From the NCBI RefSeq assembly GCF_007748075.1, contig NZ_CP036280.1:1-32000 (forward strand): 32,000 bases of DNA, read 5' to 3'. The notes below the pieces were generated by a model. It did no database searches and was not told the origin of the DNA. It saw only the letters and a program-made list of their open reading frames with translations. Shown one piece after another: positions 8,458 to 16,491 of the stretch. Origin of the DNA: Mucisphaera calidilacus. Lineage in GTDB: Bacteria; Planctomycetota; Phycisphaerae; Phycisphaerales; Phycisphaeraceae. Position 1 is the stretch's first letter, and each line of letters opens with the position of its first letter. The position numbers and the translations under genes were made by a program.

Positions 8458-10152
8458 ATGCTGGTGATGACGGTGTTGCAGGGCCCGGACAAGGGTCGCC
8501 GGTTCGAGTTGCCGGACAACGAGCCGCAGATGATCGGCCGTTCGTCGGAGTCGCTGCCGTTGTCGGACCAGACGATCTCGCGGCGGCACGCGTCGCTGAC
8601 GCCTGACAATGGCAAGTGGGTGATCCACGACCTCAAGTCGTCGAACGGGACGTTTGTGAACGGCGTGCGTGTGACGAGTGCGCGGACGCTCCGGCCGGGT
8701 GATCAGGTGCGGACGGGGTCGACGCTGATGGTGTTCGGCGACGAGGGCGCGAAGGCGTTCCAGCACCAGATCCGCCTGTCGCGCAAGGGTGAGATGGATA
8801 TCTCGGTCGAGCACACGGTGGCGGCGAACGACGAGTCGATGATCATGGCGGTGCCGGAGCCGTCGCAGGCGGCGGAGTTCCAGTTGCGTGTGGTGTACGA
8901 GCTGGTGGCGTTGATCGGCTCGATGACGGAGAAGCGTGAGCTGCTGGAGAAGGTGATGGACGTCATCTTCGCCTACTTCAACGCGGACCGGGGTTTTATT
9001 CTGCTCAAGGATGGCGAGACGGAGTTGCTGGAGCCGGTGGTGATCCGTCGGAAGGACCCGGAGTCGACGCACGGCCGTGAGGTGGACCCGGCGGAGCGGC
9101 CGAGCACGTTCACGGTGAGTCGGACGATCGTGCAGTACGTCATGCGCAAGGGATTCGGGGTGTTGTCGGCGAACGCGATGACGGACCGCCGGTTCGCGAC
9201 GGGCGACTCGGTGCAGGCGTACAACATCCGGTCGACGATGTGCGTGCCGATCAAGTACAAGGGTCGGCTGTACGGCGTGATCCAGCTTGATTCGCAGGTG
9301 GCCAACTACACGTACACGGAGGATCAGCTGACGCTTCTGACGGCGATCGGTGTGCAGAGCGGTTTGGCGCTGGCGAACCTGGACCTGGTGGAGGCGCGTG
9401 TCCGGAGCGAGCGTCTGGCGGCGGTGGGCCAGACGGTGGCGTCGCTGTCGCACTCGATCAAGAACATCCTGCAGGGGATGCGTGGGGGCGCGGACGTGGT
9501 CGAGCTGGGGATGCGCAAGCAGAACCTGAAGGTGATCTCGGGCGGGTGGGAGATCGTGGCGCGGAATCAGGAGCGGATCTACGAGCTGGCGATGAACATG
9601 CTGGCTTATTCGAAGCAGCGCGAGCCGGAGCTGGAGATGGGCAATGTCGAGCCGCTGCTGCGTGAGCTGGTGTTGTTGATGCAGCAGCAGTACGACGTGA
9701 AGAAGGTGGCGTTGCTGACGGACTTCGCTGAGGACGTCCCGCCGGTGCCGATCGATGCTTCGGGGATGCACCAGGCGGTGTTGAATCTCCTGAGCAACGC
9801 GTTGGACGCGGTGGAGCCGGAGACGGGGGTGGTGGCGTTGAGCTGCACGTACGACGCGGAGGAGCCGGCGGTGCGGATCACGGTGGTGGACAATGGCGAG
9901 GGGATGACCAAGGCGACGCAGGCGCGTTTGTTCGAGCCGTTCCACTCGACCAAGGGGCTCAAGGGCACGGGTTTGGGGCTGGTGGTGACCAAGAAGATCA
10001 TCGAGGAGCACGGCGGCCGGATCCTGGTGGAGAGCACGCGTGAAGATGGGACGTCTTTCACGCTGGTGTTGCCGGTGCGTGACGTGCCGATCGAGTCGGC
10101 GGGGGACACCATGGGACCTTCGGATCCGACGACCGATTTCCCGGACGACTAG
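8458..10152 (+). CDS. FHA-GAF sensor histidine kinase (cytoplasmic)
   Basis: ATG lies 2 nt after the argH stop. FHA: IGRSSESLPLSDQTISRRHASLTPDNGKWVIHDLKSSNGTFVNG. GAF-like: LLEKVMDVIFAYFNADRGFILLKD...STMCVPIKYKGRLYGVIQLD. H-box VASLSHSIKNILQGM. HATPase VVDNGEGM...GTGLGLVVTKKIIEEHGGRILVES. Confidence 0.9.
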   Translation: MLVMTVLQGPDKGRRFELPDNEPQMIGRSSESLPLSDQTISRRHASLTPDNGKWVIHDLKSSNGTFVNGVRVTSARTLRPGDQVRTGSTLMVFGDEGAKAFQHQIRLSRKGEMDISVEHTVAANDESMIMAVPEPSQAAEFQLRVVYELVALIGSMTEKRELLEKVMDVIFAYFNADRGFILLKDGETELLEPVVIRRKDPESTHGREVDPAERPSTFTVSRTIVQYVMRKGFGVLSANAMTDRRFATGDSVQAYNIRSTMCVPIKYKGRLYGVIQLDSQVANYTYTEDQLTLLTAIGVQSGLALANLDLVEARVRSERLAAVGQTVASLSHSIKNILQGMRGGADVVELGMRKQNLKVISGGWEIVARNQERIYELAMNMLAYSKQREPELEMGNVEPLLRELVLLMQQQYDVKKVALLTDFAEDVPPVPIDASGMHQAVLNLLSNALDAVEPETGVVALSCTYDAEEPAVRITVVDNGEGMTKATQARLFEPFHSTKGLKGTGLGLVVTKKIIEEHGGRILVESTREDGTSFTLVLPVRDVPIESAGDTMGPSDPTTDFPDD

Positions 10153-10250
10153 CGGGATTTTCTCTTGAATCGCACCCGGTTGTGATGCAATGATGTAGGG
10201 GTGGGGACGTTCTGCGGTGGTGGTCGGAGTCGCTGATCGGGACAGACATC

Positions 10251-11729
10251 ATGCCGAGTCTTCTTTCACCCATCCCGGATGCCCGCTTCGGGCCTGCCCA
10301 GGCGCGTCACCTGCTCTGTCGCGTTGCTTTCGGCCCGGATCGGGTGCGTGCGGCCCGGCTGTCGGAGCTGGGGGTGCACCAGGCGGTCGAGACGGTGCTG
10401 GCGGGTGCGGACACGTCGGGTTTGCCCGAGCCGCCCGTGGACCCGGACGTGCGTCGGCCGTTTACGCGTGAGGAGCAGCAGGCGTACCGTCAGGCGATCA
10501 ACTCGGAGGACCCGGAGCTGCGTAAGAAGGCGCGTGAGGCGCGTCAGGCGTTCGACCGCAAGGACCGTCAGATGATCCGTGACCTTCAGCCGTGGTGGCT
10601 GGAGCGGATGATGTTGACGCCTGACCCGACGCAGGAGTTCGCGACGCTCTTCTGGCACGGCCACTTCGCGACGGGTTATCAGCCGGTGCGTGACGCGTAC
10701 CTGATGTGGCGGCAGAACGAGGCGTTGCGTCGGTATTCGCTGGACAGTTTCGCGACGCTGGCGCGTTACATCGTGCATGACCCGGCGATGATCAAGTACC
10801 TCAACAATCATCAGAATCGTCGGGGCAAGCCCAACGAGAACCTGGCGCGTGAGCTGATGGAGCTGTTTACGCTGGGCGAGGGGATGTACCGCGAGTCGGA
10901 CATCAAGGAGGGGGCTCGGGCGCTGACGGGGTACACGTTCAGCGACAATGATTTCAGTTTCAACGAGCGTCAGCACGACGACGGGTCCAAGACGATTCTC
11001 GGCAAGCGTGGGAAGTTTGACGGCGAGGACTTCGTGGGGATCCTGCTCAAGCAGCGGGCGTGTGCGCGGTACATCGCGCTCAAGCTCTACCGGCATTACG
11101 TGGCGGACGTGTCGGACCGTTACGAGGACCTGGAGGGTTCGGCGAAGCTGGTGGTGGATCAGGTGGCGCGGGTGCTGCGCAGCAACAAGTACGCGATCCG
11201 TCCGACGCTGCGGACGCTGCTGGCGAGCGATCATTTCTACAGCGATGCGGTGGTGGGTCGGAAGATCAAGAGCCCGGCGCAGCTGGTGGTGGGCACGGCG
11301 CGTTCGATGCGGACGCCCAAGCGTTCGATGGTGCGTCAGCACGAGGGCATGAGGGTGATGGGTCAGACGCTCTTTGAGCCGCCGAGCGTGGCGGGCTGGG
11401 GTGTGGGGCGGTCGTGGATCAACACGTCGACGCTCTATGCGCGTCAGAACACCTGTGTTTACATGCTCACGGGCAAGAGCCCGGGGCGCAAGTGGAACAA
11501 GAAGGGTGTGAACTACGACCCGATGCGGCTGATCACGGACCTGGACAAGGGTGATCCGCGGGGCGTGGCGAACGTGCTGATTGACGAGCAGCTCGGGCCG
11601 GGTCTGCCTGCGGAGCGTCGCGTGCCGCTGATTGACTTTCTGGCGGAGGGGGACAAGGCTATCACGCGGGATCGCCTGCTGGGCTTTTTGACGCTGGTGA
11701 CGGCGATGCCCGAGTATCAGTTGTGTTGA
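10251..11729 (+). CDS. DUF1800 family protein
   Basis: Family-typical motifs LLCRVAFGP, FWHGHFAT, ENLARELMELFTLGEG, FEPPSVAGW. Immediately upstream of a DUF1501 gene, which is the usual pairing. Confidence 0.85.
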   Translation: MPSLLSPIPDARFGPAQARHLLCRVAFGPDRVRAARLSELGVHQAVETVLAGADTSGLPEPPVDPDVRRPFTREEQQAYRQAINSEDPELRKKAREARQAFDRKDRQMIRDLQPWWLERMMLTPDPTQEFATLFWHGHFATGYQPVRDAYLMWRQNEALRRYSLDSFATLARYIVHDPAMIKYLNNHQNRRGKPNENLARELMELFTLGEGMYRESDIKEGARALTGYTFSDNDFSFNERQHDDGSKTILGKRGKFDGEDFVGILLKQRACARYIALKLYRHYVADVSDRYEDLEGSAKLVVDQVARVLRSNKYAIRPTLRTLLASDHFYSDAVVGRKIKSPAQLVVGTARSMRTPKRSMVRQHEGMRVMGQTLFEPPSVAGWGVGRSWINTSTLYARQNTCVYMLTGKSPGRKWNKKGVNYDPMRLITDLDKGDPRGVANVLIDEQLGPGLPAERRVPLIDFLAEGDKAITRDRLLGFLTLVTAMPEYQLC

Positions 11730-11765
11730 GTTTACGCCTGCCTGAGTGCGGGCAAGGAAGGTGCC

Positions 11766-13031
11766 ATGACCGAGAAGCTGCCCTTTACACGCCGTGAGTT
11801 TTTGCAAGGCAGTCTTGCGCTGATGTCCACGCTCGGGACGGTGCCGGGATTTTTGGCGCATGCCTCGGCGGCGCCGAACACGGCGGCGGCCCGCGGGGCG
11901 CTGACGGCGGGGCGTACGCTGGTGATTATTCAGTTGTCGGGCGGTAACGACGGCCTGAATACGGTGGTGCCGGCGGGGATGGATGATTACTACCGTCAGC
12001 GCGGGGGTCTGGCGATTCCGGCCGGCGAGGTGCTGACGCTCGATGACCGCGTGGGGATCGGTTTGCACCCGGCGCTGCGTCCGATTCAGGAGATGTACCT
12101 GGAGGGTCAGGCGACGGTGGTGCAGGGCGTGGGGTATCCGAACCCGAATCGATCGCACTTCGCGTCGATGGACGTGTGGCACGCGGGTGACAGCCGAGCG
12201 GCGGACGGTCACCGTGGCGTGGGCTGGATCGGGCGAGCGTTCGATCAGGAGCTGCGTCGGGGTCGGAGCGACAGCCTGAGCTGCGTGACGATCGGCGAGG
12301 AAGCGCCGATGGCGACGCAGGGGCGTGAGGCGAAGCCGGTGAGTTTTACGCGTGCCGATCTCTTCTCGTGGTCGGGCAAGGACCTTCACGATCAGGTGGC
12401 GTCGGCGTACGACGGCCTTCACGAGGGTCTCGCGCCGGCGTCGAACGATGATCCGGTGGACTTCGTGTTCCGCACGGCGCTGGATGCGCGGGCGGCGTCG
12501 ACGCGTGTACGCCGGGCGGTGGCGCGTGATTCCCAGACGGACTTCCCGAACAACGGCCTGGGCCGTCAGCTGCGTGCGGTGTCGTCGATGATCGCTGCGG
12601 AGCTGCCGACGCGGATCTACTACGTGGCGCTGGGCGGGTTTGACACGCACGCCAACCAGGCGGGGACGCACAACCGGCTGCTGGATCAGCTGGCGACGTC
12701 GGTCCGGGCGTTCTACCGGGAGCTGGAGGCGATCGGTCAGAGCGAGCGTGTGGTGACGATGGCGTTCAGCGAGTTCGGGCGGCGGGTGAAGGGCAACGGC
12801 TCGAACGGCACGGACCACGGCACGGCGGGCCCGGTGCTGCTGTTCGGCCCGAAGGTTCGTGCGGGTCTGATCGGTTCGCACCCGTCGCTGACGGACCTGG
12901 ACAACGGCGACCTCAAGTTCCGGGTGGACTTCCGGTCGATCTACAGTGCGCTGCTGGATGACTGGCTGGGGCTGGATGCTCGTGCGGCGTTGGGGCAGCG
13001 TTTCCGGTCGGCGCCGGTGCTGGAGGTGTGA
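11766..13031 (+). CDS. DUF1501 family protein (sulfatase/phosphatase-like fold) with Tat-type signal
   Basis: RBS AAGGAAGG. Twin-arginine-like N-terminus TRREFLQGSLALMSTLG. Motifs LVIIQLSGGNDGLNTVVP, GGFDTHANQ, SEFGRR...GTDHG. Confidence 0.9.
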   Translation: MTEKLPFTRREFLQGSLALMSTLGTVPGFLAHASAAPNTAAARGALTAGRTLVIIQLSGGNDGLNTVVPAGMDDYYRQRGGLAIPAGEVLTLDDRVGIGLHPALRPIQEMYLEGQATVVQGVGYPNPNRSHFASMDVWHAGDSRAADGHRGVGWIGRAFDQELRRGRSDSLSCVTIGEEAPMATQGREAKPVSFTRADLFSWSGKDLHDQVASAYDGLHEGLAPASNDDPVDFVFRTALDARAASTRVRRAVARDSQTDFPNNGLGRQLRAVSSMIAAELPTRIYYVALGGFDTHANQAGTHNRLLDQLATSVRAFYRELEAIGQSERVVTMAFSEFGRRVKGNGSNGTDHGTAGPVLLFGPKVRAGLIGSHPSLTDLDNGDLKFRVDFRSIYSALLDDWLGLDARAALGQRFRSAPVLEV

Positions 13032-13059
13032 TTATTGGGGCGTGTGTTGTGGTGCGGGG

Positions 13060-13929
13060 TCAGGGCTTGTTGAACAGGCCGTCGGGGTGCTTGGTGGCGA
13101 CGACGTTGTAGGAGGCTTCGCCTGCGGGGGCGGGTTGTTCGCTGACCAGCCTGACCTGCTGCTCGTCGAACCGGAAAATCTTGTAGCCGTAGCCGAGCAG
13201 GAGCGAGCGGACCTCGTCGGTTGAGCTGTCGGATCCTCTGGCGGCGGTCTCGTTGAACTCGCAGAAGATGACGGGGGCGTCATCGCCCGAGAGCAGCCCG
13301 GGGCCGCCGGTGAAGACGCGTGACTCGGCGCCCTCGACGTCGATCTTCATGACGTCGACGTGGTGGATTTTCTCGGCGGCGCAGAAGCCGTCGAGGGTGA
13401 GGGCGCGGACGGTCTCGTGGCCGGCGACGTCGCGGTCGGTGCGGTCGGGGCGGCCCAGGGAGTTGAAGGCTTCCTGGCCGGGCACGCAGGTGGTGAGTTC
13501 GAGGGTGCCCTCGGTGTCTGAGAGGGCGAGGTGGTAGGCGTGGGCGTGGGTCATGTGGTTGAGGGCGAGGTTCTCGCGGGTCTGCTCGTGCATGACGGAG
13601 GTGGCGTCGATGGCGTGGACGTGTCCTGTGTTGCCGACGAGGCGGGCGGCGAGCACGGAGAACTGTCCGAAGTTGGAGCCGACGTCGAGCACGGTCATGC
13701 CGGGCCGCAGGACGGCGTGGAGGAAGACGGCGAGTTCGGGTTCCGAGTAGCCGTCGAGGTAGACCCGTCGGCCGAGCCGATCGATGTGGCGGACGCGCAG
13801 CCTGAGGTTGTGGTCGAAGGGGATGGTGTGGAACCCGAGCGGGTTGATGCGGCGCATCAGGGACGTGTGGGTCTTGCGCCACCATCGCGTGAGGCCTCGG
13901 CTCGGGCTGGTGATGCCTGGTTGCGTCAT
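13060..13929 (-). CDS. FkbM-family SAM-dependent methyltransferase
   Basis: ATG at 13929 overlaps the upstream GT stop by 4 nt (ATGA). SAM-binding VLDVGSNFGQFS. FkbM-type motifs HAIDATS...LSDTEGTLEL...IHHVDVMKIDVEGAE. The remainder of the 570-aa ORF-track entry is a high-GC artefact. Confidence 0.85.
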   Translation of the reverse strand: MTQPGITSPSRGLTRWWRKTHTSLMRRINPLGFHTIPFDHNLRLRVRHIDRLGRRVYLDGYSEPELAVFLHAVLRPGMTVLDVGSNFGQFSVLAARLVGNTGHVHAIDATSVMHEQTRENLALNHMTHAHAYHLALSDTEGTLELTTCVPGQEAFNSLGRPDRTDRDVAGHETVRALTLDGFCAAEKIHHVDVMKIDVEGAESRVFTGGPGLLSGDDAPVIFCEFNETAARGSDSSTDEVRSLLLGYGYKIFRFDEQQVRLVSEQPAPAGEASYNVVATKHPDGLFNKP

Positions 13930-14960
13930 GATGCTGGGGTCACCTTGTTTGATGCGGGCGTGTTGGTGTCGCCTCGGAGCACGTCTTCGAGTGTATCGAT
14001 CAGGCTGTCGCGACGGTATCGGCTGGCGATGTAGGCCCGGGCGTCGCGTCCGATGGTCTCGGCCTGTTCGGGGTCGCTGATGAGCTCGGTGACGGCCTGT
14101 TTCCAGTCGGTATTGTCGTGGGCGCACCAGCCGCGCGGGCCCCGGCCGGGTTGTGTGACGCCGGCGACGTTGAGGTTCTCGCCGACGGCGGAGCCGACCC
14201 AGGGCATGCCGAAGGCCATGTACTGGAGGACCTTGTAGGGGCACTTGCCGCGTGTCCAGGGGGTGTCGGGCATGGGGCAGAGGCCGACGTGGCATTCGCG
14301 GAGGGCGGTTTCCTGCTGTTCGAACGACCAGGGGCGGAAGTCGACTTCGAGCTCGCCGAAGGCCATGGGCTCGTGGGCGACGAGTCGGAGCAGGGCGTGG
14401 CCGGCGAGGGATTCGAGGGCGGGTCGGATGAGGTCGAGGTAGGGCTGGGTGGCCCTGGAGCCGAGCCAGAGGAGGGTCGGTTTCTCGGATCGCTGGTGCA
14501 GTGGCGGCGGGTCGTCGGGGACGTCGACGGGCATGGGGATGACGTGCACGCTGGAGCAGTAGGGCCGGGCCGATGCGGCGAGGTAGTCGCTGGCGGTGGT
14601 GACGGCGTCGCAGGTGCGCATCATGCCGGCGAAGCGGACGCGTCGGGACCAGCTCGGGCGTCCGCCGCCTTTGGCGCTGAAGGTCAGGGGGTCGTCGTAG
14701 TCGAAGACGAGGCGGCGTGCGGCGTGACGGATGATCGGGAGCAGGTGCGGCATGGCGAGGTGTCGCTGCCACCAGACGACGTCGTAGTTTCGGAAGCGTC
14801 GGTAGAGCCGTGGTTCGGCGAGGAGTCCGCGTGGGATGGCGGTCTCGGTGATCTCGTGGCCGCGTCGGGTGAGCGGGGGGATGCAGCGCTGGACGCGCTG
14901 CTCGTAGCTGGCGGCGTCGGGCTTGCGTGTGACGGCGAGGATGCGTAGCGGGCGTTCCAT
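13926..14960 (-). CDS. GT-B fold glycosyltransferase (GT4/GT1-like)
   Basis: Start MERPLRILAVTRK at 14960, sharing 1 nt with the upstream sulfotransferase stop (TGATG). C-terminal GT1 motif GLCPMPDTPWTRGKCPYKVLQYMAFGMPWVGSAVGEN. Confidence 0.85.
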   Translation of the reverse strand: MERPLRILAVTRKPDAASYEQRVQRCIPPLTRRGHEITETAIPRGLLAEPRLYRRFRNYDVVWWQRHLAMPHLLPIIRHAARRLVFDYDDPLTFSAKGGGRPSWSRRVRFAGMMRTCDAVTTASDYLAASARPYCSSVHVIPMPVDVPDDPPPLHQRSEKPTLLWLGSRATQPYLDLIRPALESLAGHALLRLVAHEPMAFGELEVDFRPWSFEQQETALRECHVGLCPMPDTPWTRGKCPYKVLQYMAFGMPWVGSAVGENLNVAGVTQPGRGPRGWCAHDNTDWKQAVTELISDPEQAETIGRDARAYIASRYRRDSLIDTLEDVLRGDTNTPASNKVTPAS

Positions 14961-15697
14961 CAGACCCACATCAGCCGGAGTTTGCGCAGGAGGCTCGGAT
15001 CGGGATCGAGCAGGGGGTAGCCCCGGGCTTTGAGCCAGTCCGCGGTCTTGTGTTCGATGCGTGCGGCCTGGTCGGGTGTCAGCGTCTCGGACCACGAGCT
15101 GCCCGGGACGGCGGTGAGGTGGTTGCCGTGGAGCAGGGACTGCGGGTCGAATTTCTGATCGGGCTGCGAGCGGTTGGCGTCGATCCGGTCTTTCTGTTTG
15201 TCGAAGCTGTAGCGGTCGGCGATCTGCTGGCAGGCCGCCTGGTCGAGGGTGATGCCGAAGAACGCGGCAAGCCGGGCCACCTCGCCGGGGAGGTCGTTGA
15301 TCATGTCCTCGTATCGGCAGACGTAGACCGGGTCGAGTGATCGCCACTTGCGGTCGTCGTCGAGGCAGCTGTCGAGAAAGCCTTCGCGCCAGACTGCTCG
15401 GAATCCGACCTCGCGCATGCGCATGCGTGAGGCGTAGACGTCGCGGAGGTCGCGGTAGGTGTAGACGGCTTTGGCGTTGCCGGCGGCGAACTCGGCCTGG
15501 ATGTCGGCCGAGCAGTGGTGGGACTTGTAGACGAGCAGGTCGGGGTCGTCTTTGTGTTCTGCGCGGACCTGGGGGAACTCGGAGGTTCGCGTGTAGGTCA
15601 GTCGTCGGCCCAGCCCCGCGGTCTCGATCAGCTCAGCCGTGAGCTGGTATTGGAGGGTGGAACCCGATCGTGGCATGCCTGCCGAAAAAACCCACAT
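14960..15697 (-). CDS. PAPS-dependent sulfotransferase family protein
   Basis: ATG 15697 follows AGGAG with a 5-nt spacer; the alternative start 15739 has no SD. 5'-PSB loop GMPRSGSTL. 3'-PB-like YRDLRDVYASR. Confidence 0.8.
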   Translation of the reverse strand: MWVFSAGMPRSGSTLQYQLTAELIETAGLGRRLTYTRTSEFPQVRAEHKDDPDLLVYKSHHCSADIQAEFAAGNAKAVYTYRDLRDVYASRMRMREVGFRAVWREGFLDSCLDDDRKWRSLDPVYVCRYEDMINDLPGEVARLAAFFGITLDQAACQQIADRYSFDKQKDRIDANRSQPDQKFDPQSLLHGNHLTAVPGSSWSETLTPDQAARIEHKTADWLKARGYPLLDPDPSLLRKLRLMWV

Positions 15698-15746
15698 AGA
15701 CGCTCCTGACAAGACGATCCGTCTGGCTCGTGGCATCATACTAACC

Positions 15747-16397
15747 GTGAGACGCCCGGAATGGTCCAGTCGTGAACAGTCGCTTTACAAGGCAGACCGC
15801 CGCTCGCGGGTCTGGTGTTCGGTGGATCCCGGTGGTTGTCGCTGGGTGATCAAGCGGTTTGACCACAGCGTGCTGCGACAGCGACTCGGCTGGTGGCTGG
15901 GGTTGCACCCGGTACAGCGGGAGGTTCATTGTGCGGAGAGGCTTGCGGGCCTGGGGCTGCCGGTGGTGCCGATCGAGTCTTGCGGGATCGAGGGCGGCCG
16001 GGGCTGGCTGATGACGCCTTACGCCGGCCCGTCGCTTCAGGGCGTGCTCGAGCGGCGTGAGGCGTCGCGCGGTCAGGTCCGCGCCTGGTCTCGTGCGTTG
16101 GGTCGGATGACGGGCGCGATGCTCGCGCGGGGCTGGTGGAACCGAGACCTCAAGACGAGCAACGTGCTGGTGGATGCGAGCGGCGGGTTGTGGATGATCG
16201 ACACCGGCGGGGCGCGGCGGACGGGTGGGCGTCTTGAGCGGCCGCTGCGGGTCATGGCGCGGCTGCTGGTCAAGACGGCGACGCAAGATCTTGGGCGGCC
16301 GCTGAGGGAGGGCGAGCGAGCCGCTTTTCTGGCCGGGCTGCGTGAGAAGGCCCCTCTGGCGGTGTCGGTGCTTCGTCGGGCGTCGGTGCCGCTATGA
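15747..16397 (+). CDS. Protein-kinase-like fold protein, Kdo/WaaP (LPS kinase)-like family
   Basis: Catalytic loop NRDLKTSNVLV followed by MIDTGGAR. Putative ATP lysine in WVIKRF. The start is uncertain: GTG 15747 is preferred because ATG 15675 would overlap the divergent sulfotransferase start. Confidence 0.65.
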   Translation: MRRPEWSSREQSLYKADRRSRVWCSVDPGGCRWVIKRFDHSVLRQRLGWWLGLHPVQREVHCAERLAGLGLPVVPIESCGIEGGRGWLMTPYAGPSLQGVLERREASRGQVRAWSRALGRMTGAMLARGWWNRDLKTSNVLVDASGGLWMIDTGGARRTGGRLERPLRVMARLLVKTATQDLGRPLREGERAAFLAGLREKAPLAVSVLRRASVPL

Positions 16398-16491
16398 TGG
16401 TGGGCTTGGCGGGTCAGAGCCCGCTCAACCATCAGGACCTAGAGACGCAGAGGCGGCTGGCGATCGTGCCCCGCCCGATGTCCGAGACGCC

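Noticed and set aside
10180-10258. 7-bp inverted repeat ATGATGT...ACATCAT bracketing the DUF1800 start codon, a possible translational hairpin.
   Set aside because: The arms are about 50 nt apart with no supporting internal pairing that I could find, which is too weak to call.
13926-15347. 473-aa ORF-track entry spanning the GT and part of the sulfotransferase region.
   Set aside because: Only the portion from MERPLRIL (14960) downward has GT-like sequence. The upstream part is a low-complexity shadow frame over the sulfotransferase gene.
15639-15746. Upstream extension of the kinase-like ORF (starts at 15639 or ATG 15675).
   Set aside because: It would overlap the 5' end of the divergent sulfotransferase CDS and lacks a properly spaced SD. 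It is kept only as an alternative start.
16397-16491. Possible dif/Xer site at the skew switch.
   Set aside because: No AT-rich 28-bp imperfect palindrome resembling dif is present. Only the GC-rich stem-loop is seen.
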